Shown piece by piece: positions 30,491 through 45,151 of a stretch of 64,000 nucleotides of DNA. This DNA comes from the human T2T-CHM13v2.0 reference genome, Homo sapiens. Every line of letters begins with the position of its first letter. Position 1 is the stretch's first letter. The position numbers and the translations under genes are program-made. Below the pieces are notes generated by a model, which made no database searches, had not been told where the DNA came from, and saw nothing but the letters and a program-made list of their open reading frames with translations. The stretch lies in the NCBI RefSeq assembly GCF_009914755.1, contig NC_060927.1. The stretch is one strand, 5' to 3'.

Positions 30491-31699
30491 TCCTCCGACT
30501 TCTTTTTTAGACCAGCACGTTTAGATTTTTCTCAGTGTCCCTGGAAAAGAGAGGAACTGCTCTTCTGCTTGCAACACAGTAATTGCTAACCCCTGTGAAG
30601 AGAGCATTTATAATGGCATTAATGCCTGAAGACCTTTTTAATGTGAATTTAAGGATTTTCCCTAATGCATGGATGATTAGAATTAGAGAAAGCTGCTACC
30701 AATTGGATGACAGTTTTCTTATCCGCTATAATCTAGTACAAAAATAACTCCTTTCTGCTGTCTTATTAATATCTCTAGTCCAAAAAACTTCTCTGATTTG
30801 ATTCCTGCCATGCTTGTTCATGAATAAATGGATGGAGCTGTGTTCCTGCAGGAATTTTTAAGAGTTTATTTTTTTCTGTTTCATCTAATGAAGATAAATG
30901 AACATCTTGAAAGAAAAGAAGTGGCTCGGACTTTACTGGAAAGAGTAATACTTGGAAAAAATATTTCTAATAGCTTGGGAAAATAAAAAGGATGATGACA
31001 ACTCTAAAGTGTATGCCATCTCTCATCAGTATCTCTCATCCAGTTAATAGGAGAGGATGGCAGCTTTGTTATTAAATCATGTAGATGCTAATTGAAGGCA
31101 CAACCAAATAGAAGGATCAGTTGCCTTCAAAAGCGCTTTTAGATTATTAGCTGTGATTTCAATGATGGAACGCAATTTCCAGATCAACTCCAATTCTTAG
31201 ACTGATAATTTTCCTAGGAACATGCATGCTTTGGGAAAGAATGGTTGTATAGCTGGTCCTCATTAAGAACCCTCATTCTCCAAGTCACTTTTGCCTCTAA
31301 AGTCTAAGTATTCCCATTATACATTACAGCCAAGGTCACCTGAGAGCTGTAATGTGCACACTAAAGCCATTTCTCCACCTAGTCCCTCAGATGTCTATGA
31401 TTGTTTGGGATCTGCTGGTGCTTTGTAGCATGGAATCCATCCTGGTAATTGGTGGATGGATAGCTTTGCCCAAAAGTCTATGGGACAAGAACAGACAGCA
31501 TGAGTTTAGATTTTGAAATGGCCTAGTCCTTAGAAATAGCTCATTCCAACACCAAAAGCTTATTACTATTGATATAGCTCTCTGAAAGAAATAACAGTGA
31601 CAACGACAACCTGGATTTGCATAGCTCTTTGCCCTTTCAAGACACTCTTGGTAACATCTTTTTTCAGGCAATATAGCCAAAATGCCTTAGTTTAAAACT

Positions 31700-32010
31700 T
31701 GGCATCACCATCCACTGACTGTATAATCTCAAACAAAGTTACTTAATCTTGTTTTGTCTCGGTTTTCCTGTTTGTAATATGGAGACAATAGTGGATCCCT
31801 ATTAATAGGTTGTTGTAAGAACTAAAGATAACATCGATCAAGTGCTTAGAGCAATGCATACAGGAAGTGCTTAATAGAGGTTAAGTATTGTTGTCCTTAT
31901 CCTATTATTCTACTGAAGAAAGTAAAGGCATGGATTAATATCCTGTTTTTATGGTTGAAGAAGTAACCAGTGGTTCAGTAACTTGCCTAAGATCACATAG
32001 CAATTGATAG
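31700..32010. mobile_element. MIR (plus, about 31700-31890) and a second MIR fragment (minus, about 31940-32010)
   Basis: aagttacttaatct...tgtaatatggagacaatagt...taggttgttgtaagaactaaa...aagtgcttagagcaatgc; gtaacttgcctaagatcacatagc. Confidence 0.65.
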
Positions 32011-34434
32011 GTGACCCGCAATAAAGAGAAGCCGCTCAGAGCTTTTGAGTCCTGCTTTATAGGTCCCTGGGGAGGGTCCCTCCTCCCTCCAATCTTTTGT
32101 GCATTTTGTTACCTTAAATGACTTTGAAACACAGAAAGCCCTGAGGACCACACCTGGGTCTATGGAAGGAGGCCTGGACCAGCCTGTGTCCCCACAGAAA
32201 TGCTTGGCCCCTCACCCCAGCCCCCACACCCATGAGAGCTTGGGTCTGTGGTATCAGCCAAACACAGATTCCATAAAGAGCCAGACAAGATGGGGACACT
32301 AACAACACAATCTCCAGTGCTTCTGCCTCTTCCAGGCTCACAGCTACCCCAGCAGGAAGTCTTGCTGATGTGCTGGTTTCACCAAACCCAACAGCCACAG
32401 TGGCTGTAGCAAAAGTAGTTAAGTCTGTCTCAGAAATAAAGACCAACGAAGTAGCCGAGAGATGGATTTTGTAACTTTAGATCTTTAGGGAATGAAAACT
32501 AAATTTAACCCAACTTTGGCAATGGACAACCCCTACAAATACTTGTTTGCAAAATCACTTTATTTTATATTATAGATTAACATTAAATGAGTAAGGAATA
32601 CATAATTGAGTGAACATTGGTGTTATACATTGATATTGAGACATAAAAAGCATGTATACATACTCTGCAGCTTTAGCTAGCACATGTCCTCAAAATAGAC
32701 CTCCGCACTACTAAGAACCAGAGACGACTTAAAGCCCTGCAGCCTTTCTTGTAACACACACAAATGATAAAATAAAAAGAGAGACTAATAAAAAGACAAA
32801 CATTTCTTCTGGTAATCAGCTGGTCTGGAGTCACTGTTTCATTAGGTATTCCATTCATCACACAAAATAAGGCGAATAAATAGAAACACACATATGGGGA
32901 AGAGGGAGATAAATAAACATGAAATAAAACAAATGAAATACGTACCCCACATTCTTGCAAAAAATCATTAGGTTGAGTGATTCCCTTTAAGTGGTGAGAC
33001 TATGGGCACTCAGTTTGTTTCCCTTCTTTGTATAGATATCCTCCATATTATATGAACATATCTTGCAATGGAAACTGAAAAAAGTACATTTTTAAAATAC
33101 CTTTAAAAGAAAGTTGGTACCCATTGGGTACCAGTTGTAAGGGTATACACTGAAGAGGCTATATCTTTAGCATCATCACTTAGAGAGCTGTGTGGTCATT
33201 AGGTTTATCCCAGTGAAAGTGTGCTGTACTATCACTTGAACATCATTATGCCTAGTGCTTGTCGAAAAAGGTCTGAACCTTAGATACTGAAGAGCTTCCC
33301 ATTATAAGGCAGGGAGAGGAGAAAGATTTAAAAACACATATAAACATCTTTTCTTTGTGGATAAAGAAGTGTGGTCAAACTCTATACCTTACCTGTAACT
33401 CTGGAATGTTTTGAGAATGAGCCAAAATGTCAGATTCTTCCCCCTATCCAAACAGCCTAGCTGGCAAGGTCCCCAGGGACCCAAATCAGACCCAAGGTGA
33501 GCATGCTGGTCCTCAGTTTGTAGTGGGCAAGACCTCAGGGTGAGCTGAAGAACAGGGCCTTGGGTGATGCAAAATTGAAAGGCCAGACAGACCGTCTAAG
33601 TGAGTTGACATAGACAGAGCAGGAAAATCTGAATACCAAGCCAGAAGATAGAGCCCAGGGAAGTCAAACTGTGGGTGGGAGAAAATTCCCTCTGTAAGTA
33701 AAAGGGATCTGCAGCAACCTCTTTTAGCATAAAAGAACGCTACTGAAAATTCCAGTGTGGCCAGGATGGGAAGGTTTGTAGATACCTTTGTGCTTGTCAA
33801 AGTAAGGATTTATTCAAATGTGAACTACAGCTGTTATTGTGAGTGATTGAAAAGCATTCCAAGTTCCTGGACTGACAAACATTCTCTGTGTATCCACAGC
33901 CCTAATATTACCCATCTAATTCAATGATACGGACGTTGAAAGGGATTTGTATCCCCAAGGAATATATGCATTGCTGTTACTGTATTACTATGATGGCCTT
34001 TAAAAAAAACTGTGTATACTATTCTCTTGATACAAGATACTTGACAGGCTCTCAGCAAAATGCTGAGCTTTTACCACCTTTACTAAGTCAGCAATGACAC
34101 TATCTCACAGGGTGAAAAAGGGAAATTTTTGCCAACTCCTGAAGATCTTGGCATGTATCAATAATATGATTTTTATAAGAAATGAGATTCTAAAAATTGT
34201 GGGTAATAGATTTACACATTTCCCAGATGGCTTACAGAATAACAGACTGGAAACAGAACTTAAATTATAGGCAGGAACATAAACACCAGACCTAATTTTG
34301 AAAATAAGCAGAATAGAAATGTGATGAGCATTAACAATAGTAATTGCTTGCAACCTTTAATGTCATCTTGGCTAGAGATGTTATATGGTGTGAATGCCCC
34401 AAATAATAAGAACCAAAAGGGTCTATTTTCAATA

Positions 34435-34700
34435 TAACTCCATCCAGCAGATACTAATTGAGTACTTTCTATATGCCAGACACCATTCTAGGAGTTGGGG
34501 ACATAGCAGCAAACAAAACCGAACAAATCCTTCCCCTCGTGGTACTGATATTCTAGAGGGGAAAGACTAGTGAACAGGAATAAAGAAGTAAAATGTATAG
34601 TATGTTAGATAGGGATACATGCAATGAAAAAAATGTAAAGCCAGAAAGGAGAATATATGTGTTGAAGGATGGTGCTTCAGTTGGAAAGGAGAAAAATTCA
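34435..34700 (-). mobile_element. L2 3' fragment
   Basis: attgagtactttctatatgccagacaccattctaggagttggggacatagcagcaaacaaaac. Confidence 0.75.
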
Positions 34701-35159
34701 GCCAGTAGTCTAATTTTGGAATAGAAATGGGTTCCAAAGTGGGAGGCAAGAGGCCAGTCATTTCACTCTCTGGATTTCCCTGTCTATCAAGTGAAGCAGA
34801 CTGTGGGATCTTTGTCACAAACAAGCTCTTACAGTTCAGATTGCTGGTGGTGCTTTGCTGTGTGACACAAGGGAAATTAAGAAACACATTGGATTTCAAA
34901 CTTTAAAAGTGACACACCAAGTAGTGTTCTTTTGTGCCAGTAAAACAAAGCTACAGATTGCCCAGAGGGAGACTTCTGCCTTGGAGTGAACGCCCCTGGA
35001 AGACACTACACTGGTACTTTCACTCCAGTGACAGCATAGGGGAGGAAAAATGGGGATAGTAACTGGTTTACATCTCAAGGATATTATAGTCTCATAGTTG
35101 CTTCTTTTTAACATTTTTTCCTTAGAATTACCATCTGTTAGGCACTGTCATTTTTCAAA

Positions 35160-35275
35160 CCCATTTTATAGATTAGGTAATTGGAAAATGAAAAGTATCT
35201 TGCTGAAATTCATATAGCTAGTTGCAGTCCAAGAATTTAAAACCAGATCTCTCTGATTCCAGAATCTATGAACTT
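35160..35275 (-). mobile_element. MIR fragment
   Basis: cccattttatagattaggtaattgg...catatagctagt...tttaaaaccagatctctctgattccaga. Confidence 0.55.
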
Positions 35276-36688
35276 TGCATGACACCCAGCCATGTTCTCA
35301 TAAGTACCTCATTTTTTACTCTAAAAATCTCTCCCAGATGAGGGTGCACTCAACAAAATCTGAAGTGGGACAGTATACAGGACAAATGACCTGTCTTTCT
35401 CAGCAAATAAATTATAAGAAAAAAGAGAAAGGGAAAATAACATATAGATTAAAAATTACTTAAGAGGGGGAGTTCTGGGAAGATGGTGAATAGGAGACAG
35501 GACTGACATGCAGCTCCCATTTGGATGGACAGAATAGCATGTGGAGACTCACACCATGGAATTTTGTTCCAGGAACCACTGCAGGAGCATAACAGGAAAA
35601 CCAAAATAATTTCTAGATCCTTTGAAAGAAGCAGCAAATTCTGCGAGATAGGCAAAAAAAAAAAAAAAAAACTCAGGGGAAGTGTATAGCCTGGGGCTAG
35701 GTCTGAGTCCTGTGGACAGGCTGCCTGGAGATAAACTCAGCGCTGTTTGCAGGCCACAGTGGGAGAGAGATTGGCCTCACCAAATGCATGGGAGCTGGGT
35801 GAGGCCCATCACAACTGGCTTTCCCCCACTTCCCTGGTGACAGAGGCAACCCTAATCCCCTCTGGAACATAACCCCGTTGGCCCAAGAACCACCCCTTTA
35901 TCCCCCATGGTAGCTACGGCAAGCCCTTGCCCAAGAAGAGTCTGAGCTGGGTCCTGCCTAACACTGCCCCCGCCTGATGATTTTTCTCTACCTGTCCCGG
36001 TAGCCAATCACGAAAGACATAAACTCTTGGGAGCTTTATGACCCTGACCATTGCCTCAGAAACCTGAATACTTATCCTGGCCAACTTAGGGCAAGCTTAT
36101 ATCCCACTTCTGTTGCAGCTGGTGCTTTCTTGAAAGCACGACCTCCTGGCTGTAGGCCAACCAACTCAGGACATTACGGAAACTCATGACAGAACAACCC
36201 TGCTGCAAGGAAGGAGAAAACATCTAATTCCATTGCATGCAACATTCTGGCTGACCAGTGGTCCTGAGTCTGTCCACATGACAACTTCACTGCTAACATA
36301 ACTAGCATTCAAGAAAGCTAGTACACTAAACATATCTAAAACCAAGGACTCTCACAGAGTCTACTTCACTCCCCTGCCACCTCCACCAGAGCAGGTGCCG
36401 GTATCCATGTTTGGGAGACCTGAAGATGGATTGCATCACAGGACTCTTTGCAGACATTCCCTAGCGCCAACCCAGAGCCTGGTAGCCCCACTGGGTTGCT
36501 AGACCCAGAAGAACAACAATCACTGCAGTCTAGTTCACAGGAAGCCCCATCCCTAGGGGAAGGGGACCCTTCATGGGACCTTCATGAGTCCTTCATGAGA
36601 CCACCTCATGGGACAAAAGAATCTGAAGAGCAGCCCTTAAGTTCCAGATTTTTCCACTGAAATAGTCTACCCAGATGAGAAGGAATCA

Positions 36689-36859
<171 letters not shown>

Positions 36860-39800
36860 CTATAACACTCCAAAAAGACCATACTAGCTCCCCAGCAGTG
36901 GATTCAAACCAAGAAGAAATATCTGAATTGCCAGATAAAGAGTTCAGAAGGTTGATTATTAAGTGACTCAAGGAAATACCAGAGAAAGGTGAAAACCAAC
37001 TTAAAGAAATTAAAAAATATATACAGGATATGGATAAAAAATGCTCCAAAGAAATAGCTATCATAAAGAAAAAAAAAACAATCACAACTTCTGGAAATGA
37101 AAGACACACTTAGAGAAATACAAAATATACTAGAAAGTTTCAACAGTAGAATCAAACAAGTAGAAGAAAGAACTTCAGATCTTGAAGACAAGTTTTTCAA
37201 GTTACCCAATGAGAAAAAGACAAAACAAAATGAACAAAGCCTCCAAGAAATTTTGGATTATGTTACATACACAAATGTAAGAATAATTGGTGTTCCTGAG
37301 GAAGAAGAGAAATCTAGAAGTTTTGAAAACATATTTGGGGGAATAATCAAGGAAAACTTTCCTGGCCTTGCTAGAAATCTAGACATCCAAATACAAGAAG
37401 CTCGAAGGAAACCTGGGAAATGCAACACAAAAAGGTCATCACCCAGGTGCGTAATCATCAGGTTATCCAAAGTCAAGACAAGGAAAAAATCTTAAGAGCT
37501 GTGAGGCAAAGTCATCAGGTAACCTATAAAGGAAAACCTATTAGATTAACGGCACATTTCTCAGCAGAAACCCGACAAGCCAGAAGGGATGGGAGTTCTA
37601 TCATTAACCTCCTCAAACAAAATAATTGCTAGCCAAGAATTTTGTATTGAGCAAAAACTAAGCTTCATAAATGAAGGAGAGATAAAGTCTTTTTCAGACT
37701 AACAAATGCTGAGAGCATTTGCCACTCTCAAGCCAGCACTACAAGAAATTCTAAAAAGAGATCTAAATCTTGACACAAAACCTTAAAATACACCAAAATA
37801 GAATCTTCTTAAAGCATAAATCTCACAGGGCCCATAAAACAATAACACAAAAAAACAAGGCATTCAGACAACAACTAGTACAATGAATAAAACAGTATGT
37901 CACATCTCAATAACATTGAATGTAAAATGGATTAAATGTTCCACTTAAAAGATAGAGAATGGCAGAATAGATAAAAATCCACCAACCAAGTATGTGCTGT
38001 CTTCAAGAGACTCACCTAACACATAAGGACTCACAGAAACTTAAGGTAAAGTGGTGGGGAAAGATATTCCATGCAAATGGTCACCAAAAGTGAGCAAGAG
38101 TAGCGATTCTTATATCAGACAAAACAAACTTTGAAGCAACAACAGTTTAAAAAGACAAAGAAGGACATTATATAATGATAAAAGGATCAATCCAACTGGA
38201 AAATATCACAATCCTAAATATATATGCACCTAACATTGGAGCTTCCAAATTTATAAAACAATTATTACTAGACATAAGAAATGAGATAGACAGCAACAAA
38301 AAAATACTCCACTGACAGCACCAGACTTCAGTACTCCACTGACAGCACCAGACAGGTTATCAAGACACAAAGTCAACAAAGAAACAATGAACTTAAACTA
38401 TGCCCTAGAACAAATGGACTTAACAGATATTTACAGAACATTCTACCCAATAACTGCAGAATATACATTCTTTTCATCATCACATGGAACATTCTCCAAG
38501 ACAGACCATATGATAGGCCACAAAACAAATCTCAATGAATTGAAGAAAGCCAAAATTATACCAAGTGCCCTCTCAGACCACAGTGGAAAAAAACTGGAAA
38601 TTAATTCCAAATGGAACCCTCAAAACTATAGAAATACATGAAAATTAAATAATCTGCTCCTGAATTATCTTTGGGTCAACAGTGAAATCAAGATGGAAAT
38701 TAAAAATCCTTTGAACTGAATGATAATTTTGACACAGCTTATCAAAACTTCTGGGTCACAGGAAAAGTGGTGCTAAGAGGAAAGTTCATAGCATTAAATG
38801 CCTACATCAAAAAGTCTGAAAGAGCACAAAGAGACAGTCTAAGGTTACACCTCAAGGTACTAGAGAAACAACAACAATCCAAACCCAAACCCGGCAGAAG
38901 AAAAGCAATAACAAAGATCAGAGCAGAATTAAATAAAATTGAAACAAAAAAAATACAAAAGATAAATGAAACAAGCTGGTTCTTTGAAAAGATAAATAAA
39001 ATTGATAGACCATTAGCAAGATTAACCAAGAAAACAGAGAGAAAATTGAAATAAGCTCAATTAGAAATGAAACGAGAGATACTACAACTGACACCACAGA
39101 AATACAAAAGATCATTCAACACTACTATGAACACCTTTACATGCACAAACTAGAAAACCTAGAGGAGGTGGATAAATTCCTGGAAATACACAACCCTCTT
39201 AGATTAAATCAGGCAGAAGCAGAAAGTCTGAACGGACCAATAACAAATAGTGAAATTGAAAAAGTAATAAAAAAATTAACAGCAAAAAAATCCAGGACCA
39301 GACGGATTCACAGCTGAATTCCATCAGGCATTCAAAGGATTGATAACAATCTTACTGAAACTATTCCAAAAGATAGAGAAACAGGGAAACCTCCCTAAAT
39401 CATTCTGTGAAGTCAGTATCACCCTAATTCCAAAACCAGGAAAGGACATAACAAAAAAGAAAACTACAGACCAATATCCCTGGTGAATATAGATGCAAAA
39501 AACATCAACAAAATACTAGCTAACCAAATCAAACAACGTATCAAAAAGATAATAAACCATGATCAAGTGGGTTTTACACCAAGGATGCAGGGATGGTTTA
39601 ACATATACAAATCGATAAATGTGATACATCACATAAACAGAATTAAAAATCATATGACCATCTCAATAGACACAGAAAAGCGTTTGACAAAATCCAGCAT
39701 CCTTTATGATTAAAACCCTCAGTGAAGTCAGCATAGATGGGGCATACTTCAAGGTAATAAAAGCCATCTATGACAAACCCACAGCCAACATTATACTGAA

Positions 39801-41435
39801 CAGTGAAAAGTTGAAAGCATTCCCCCTGAGAACTGGAGCAAGACAATGATGCCCACTTTCTCCACTTCTATTCAACATAGTACTAAAAGTACCAGCCAGA
39901 GCAATCAGACAAGAGAAAGAAATGAAGGGCATCCAAATCGGTAAAGAGTAAGTCAAACTGTTACTGTTCCCCAATGATATGATTATATCATTCATCCAAA
40001 AAGATTCATCCAAAAACCCTGAAGATTCATCCAAAAAGCTCCTAGATCTGATAAATGAATTCAGTAAAGTTTCAGAATACAAAATCAATGTACACAAATC
40101 AGTAGCACTGCTATACACCAAAGTGACCAAGCTGAGAATCAAATCAAGAACTCACCCCTTTTACAACAGCTGCAAAAAAATAAAATACTTAGGAATATAC
40201 CTAACCAGGGAGGTGAAAGATCTCTACAAGGAAAACTACAGAACAGTACTGAAAGAAATTATAGATGACACCAACAAATGAAAACACACCTCATGCTCAT
40301 GGATGGGTACAATCAATATTGTGAAAATGACCATAATGCCAAAAGCAATCTACAGATTCAGTGCAACTCCCATCAAAATACCATCATCATTCTTCACAAA
40401 ACTAGAAAAATTAATCCTAAAATTCATATGGAACCATAAAAGACCCCACATAGCCAAAGCAATACTAAGCAAAAAGAACAGATCTGTTGGCATCACATTA
40501 CCTGACTTCAAACTATACTACCAGGCCATAGTTACCAAAACAGCATGGTACTGGTATAAAAATAGCCACTTAAACCAATGAAACAGAATAGAGAACCCAG
40601 AAATAAAGCCAAATATTTATAGCCAACTGATCTTCAACACAGCAAACAAAAACATAAAGTCAGGAAGGGACACCCTGTTCAACAAGTGGTGCTGGGATCA
40701 TTGGCAAGCCACATGTAGAAGAATGAAGCTGGATTCTCCTCTCTCACCTTATACAAAAATCAACTCAAGATAGATCAAAGACTTAAATCTGAGACCTGAA
40801 ACCATAAAAATTATAGAAGATAACATCAGAAAAACTCTTCCATACATTGGCTTAGGCAAAGAGTTCATGACCAAGAATCCAACAGCAAATTGAACAAAAA
40901 GATAAATAGATGAGACCTAATTAAACTAAAAACCTTCTGTACAGCAAAAGAAATAATCAGCAGAGTAAACAGACAACCCAGAGAGTGGGAGAAAATTTTC
41001 GCAAACTATGCATCTGACAAAGGACTACTATCCAGAATCTACAAGGAACTCAAACAAGTCAGCAAGAAAAAAACAATCCCATCAAAAAGTGGGCAAAGGA
41101 CATGAATAGACAATTTTCAAAAGAAGATATACAGATGGCCAACAAATATATGAAAAAATATTCAACATCACTAATTATTAGGGAAATGCAAGTCATTACC
41201 ACAATGAGATACCACCTTATTCCTGCAGGAATGGCTATAATTTAAAAAATCAATAAATAACATGTTGGCATGGATGTGGTGAAAAGGGAACACTTTTACA
41301 CTGTTGGTGGAAATGTAAACTAGTACAACCACTATGGAAAACAGTATGGAGATTCCTCAAAGAACTAAAAGTAGAGCTACCATTTGATCCAGCAATCTCA
41401 CTACTGGGTATCCACCCAAAGAATAAGAAGTCAGT

Positions 41436-41730
41436 GGCTGAACGCAGTGGCTCACACCTGTAATCCCAGCACTTTGGGAGGCCAAGGTGGATGGATCATG
41501 AGGTCAGGAGTTCAAGACCAGCCTGGCCAAAATGGTAAAACCCTGTGTCTACTAAAAATACAAAAATTAGCTGGGCATGGTGGCGGGCACCTGCGATCCC
41601 AGCTATTCAAGAGTCTGAAGCAGGAGAATTGCTTCAACCTGGGAGACGGAGGTTACAGTGAGCTGAGATCGCACCACTACACTCCAGCTTGGGCAACAGA
41701 GCAAGACTCCATCTCAGAAAAAAGAAGAAG
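41436..41730 (+). mobile_element. AluS (Sg-like) SINE within the L1PB2 ORF2
   Basis: ggatcatgaggtcaggagttcaagaccagcctggccaa; TSD core aagaagtca on both sides. Confidence 0.92.
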
Positions 41731-42312
41731 AAGAAGAAGTCATTATATGAAAAAGACACAAACACATGCATGTTTATAGCATCACAATTCACAATTGCAA
41801 AGGTATGGAACCAGCGTAAATGCCCATCAACCAACAAGTGGTTGGTTGATGAAATATGGTATATGTACACCATGGAGAGCTACTCAGCCATAAAAAAGGA
41901 ATGAAATAATGGCATTCAAAGCAAGCTGGATGGAGTTTGAAGACCATTATTCTAAGTGAAGTAACTCAGGAATGGGAAAGTAGACATCATATGTTTTCAC
42001 AAGCGGGAGCTAAGCTATGAGGGTGTAAAGGCATAAGAATGATATAATGGATTTTGGGGATTCAAGAAAAAGGGCAGTAGGTGGGTGAGGGATAAAACTA
42101 TGCATTGGCTACACTGCTTAGGTGATGAGTGCACCAAAATCTCAGAAATCATCACTAAAGAACTTTTCCATGCAACCAAACACCATCTGTTCTGCCAAAA
42201 CTCATGAAATTTTTAAAAAGTCAAAATAAAAATTACTTAAGAGACAACAAATATCAATATTTGCACCTTATTCAGATCCTGACTCAAACAAACTGTTTAA
42301 AATCAATACATG

Positions 42313-42441
42313 TTAGCCAGATGTAGTGGCATGTGCCAGCAGTCCTAGCTACTTGGGAGGCTGAGACAGGAAGATCACTGGAGCCCAGGAGTTCAAGGTT
42401 GCAGTGAACCTGGGCAACAGAGAGATTATCTCTAAAAAAAA
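42313..42441 (+). mobile_element. AluJ right arm / FRAM-like fragment with internal deletion
   Basis: ttagccagatgtagtggc...gtcctagctacttgggaggctgagacaggaagatcactggagcccaggagttcaaggttgcagtgaacctgggcaacag. Confidence 0.8.
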
Positions 42442-43129
42442 TTTTTAAATAAAAATAATATATATAAAAAATAATAAAATAAAAATAAAAAATATATAAT
42501 TTTTAAGTGTGTATATGTGTGTATATATATGTAAAATCAATATATGGAATATGGCTGGGAATTTGAATACTAATAACATTTGATAATATTGAAGAATTGG
42601 GTTTTTTAAGGTGCTATAACATTATGTTTACATTTTAAAAGAGAGTCATTTTAGAGGTACATGCTAACATATTTCCAGAAGAAATATGATGTCTGGGATT
42701 AACTTTAGAATAATGCATTGAAGGGAGTATAAATAAATAAGATTGACCACATGTTGATCACTGATGTAGCTGGGTGATGGGTTCATGAGGGTGGTTATAC
42801 TTTTATTCCCAATTTTATAGATGAATAAGAATTTCCACAACAAAAAGTAAAACAAAAAAACACAAAATTTTCACCATGGTGAATGTGGAATTTACTGACC
42901 ACCTGCCACTTCCGTAAGTGCTGTCTCTTCCATTAGATTGGGGGCAAGCCTGGGCACACACCCCAGTCTAATGGTCAAAACACATGTACTAGTGCCCCTT
43001 CCTGCCCTGGTTTATAGAGCTGACCTAGACATTGGACTTCCTGCTCACTGTAGACTCTCCTATTCTGGGTCTTTGGCTTTTATGCAACCAGCCCCAAGGA
43101 CGTGTCACCCAAGGATCCCAGGAGGCAAT

Positions 43130-43660
43130 TTGATATAATGAAATAAGTTAGTCCTTTGGAATTATAACAACCTTCACCGGGAGTCTCACCTTCCCTTTAG
43201 TAGCTATGTAATATTGAGTAAAGCCCTTCACCTTACTGGGCCTTTATGAGTTGTTGTGATGATCAAATGGAATAGTATAAACAAGGATTCTTCCCGAGAA
43301 TCTGGGCTCCTAAATGTACTGGTCTTCTAAGACCCAACAATGAATCGATGAAGAGGTGGTGTCTATAGTGGGAGTGACTGACATTTTCCTAGATCACATC
43401 TGTCTTCCCCACTGGACTACATCTCCTAAAGGAAGGAACCGTACTTTGTGCTTTTGGTGTTCCCAAAATGGTGAGATGGGAAAAACATGGCCTTGGTGTC
43501 AGAAAGTCCTGGGTTCAAATTCTGTCTTCATCGATTACTAACTGTGGAGCCTTTGACATGTTTTAGCCTCCTTATCTGTGAAATAATATGTCCACTTAGA
43601 GGATTTAATGAAAGAAGACATTCAAGTGCCCACAGTATAGTTGGGGCATGAGAAGTATTA
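43130..43660 (+). mobile_element. Cluster of MIR and L2 fragments
   Basis: tagctatgtaatattgagtaa...gagttgttgtgatgatcaaatg; tgtcttccccactggact...ctcctaaaggaaggaacc; gtcctgggttcaaattctgtc...actaactgtg. Confidence 0.55.
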
Positions 43661-45115
43661 TTTTCCCACCTCCGTTAGGTGCTCTCTTGATACTTGCAGA
43701 ATGAATGAGTTTAACAGATGCTTCTTTGAAACATGAATGCCTCAGAAGCCTTTCAGGTACAGCTTTTCAGGTTTTTCACTGAACATAGGAACCTAGGTGG
43801 ACTCCCCAGGCTGTGAGTGTGTGTGACTGTTTGCCACAAGAAGGGTGCCTTTGTGTACTTTGTGAAGGATGCTGAGTGGACAAACATGTCCCTGCTCAGA
43901 AGAAAAATGCCAGTCACCCAGAGAAAGGAATTTATAAAGAATGATTGAGACTAGTGCCAAGGTCAAGAGGAAAAATAATTCTAATTGATATTGTCAGAGC
44001 ACTGGGCTTTCTTTGAAGAAAGCCACATTTTTTGACCATATTAAAGTTTCTTTGTGGTTAATTCAGGTCCCTGGCCTGGGCCTCATGGTGTTAGGGTTAT
44101 TATGAAGACAGAAGTATGTAAATACCAGTTATCCAACTAGGCCTGACTGCATGTTGGAATTGACTTTTCCCCAGGCTGCCCTCAGGTCCCAGTCAGCTCT
44201 GCTCAGCCAGAGCAGCATCAGGTCGTACTAATGCCAGGCAAATCCTGAATAGTGATAGGAGCCCCCCAGAAAATGTCCATTGGCAGGAGGGCCTGAGGGC
44301 TGTTGCTTCTGTTGAAGTGTTTGAAGAGGTGCTGCCACCTCAGACTGGTGTCAAGGTCAGAATGGATGTGCAGTTAACATCTTCTTTTGCCCTTGTCAGT
44401 CTTGCTACTTCATTGCAAAAGTTCAAGGCTACAGAGGCTCAGGGGCAGGGATCCCACCTTTCTGAATGGAAAGAGCAGAGGTAAGGCTCATTTCTGTGGA
44501 TGGGCGGCAGGGTCAAAGGATTCTAGAGTCTGTCAGGACAAGCAAAGACAAAAGAAGAGTCAAGAAAGTTGTGAAAAGCAGCGGTGAAATTCAGTGAAGG
44601 AAAAAGTGCAGGCAGGAGGGAGGTAGCTGTAACAAGGGTATGGAGTGAAATACGTATCTCAGTATTTTTCCCCACATGCTTAACTGATAGCCCCAATTCC
44701 GTTTGTTGGACAATTATTCTTCTCCTTGTTTTCTAATACCACCTTTGTTGTGGACTAATTTTTCATCTTTTGGGGGCTTGCTGTTTAGTTCCATTCATCT
44801 GTCTCTGATCTCATGTCAGTGTGTTGTGTTGGAGTCTAAGAGTGCAAGTCCAGGGAAATTCAGACCTACATTCAGAACTACAGTTAGATGTGTGCTTTCC
44901 CAAATAGGAGACTCTTCTGTTCATCATTTTAAATGTTGTATCCTAATGTCATGAGGTCAGAAGGAACTGTTTAGGACAACGGTGTGTGCCTAATAGGGAA
45001 TTAATTATTTGTGCCTGAGTGTAAGACCATGTCATGACCTTCCGATCACAAGAAAATGAGGTATCGTTGGAAAAAAACTCTAAGCCTGTCACCTGGATGT
45101 AAAAGTCGGGTTGGT

Positions 45116-45151
45116 GAGATCAGGCACATTCAGGGTGGTACGGTGGTAGAC
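45116..45151 (-). pseudogene. 5S rRNA 5'-fragment retropseudogene (nt 1-36, tailless type)
   Basis: Minus strand gtctaccaccgtaccaccctgaatgtgcctgatctc versus human 5S GTCTACGGCCATACCACCCTGAACGCGCCCGATCTC: 30/36, three of the mismatches are CpG transitions. Confidence 0.85.

Noticed and set aside
33115-33133. Quasi-palindrome tggtaccca-t-tgggtacca, and a similar 9-bp IR at 19526-19552
   Set aside because: Short and compatible with chance.
44140-44490. Possible exon (ttgacttttccccag acceptor, cagag/gtaagg donor)
   Set aside because: Splice-like motifs are frequent; no coherent reading frame or partner exons can be established from sequence alone.
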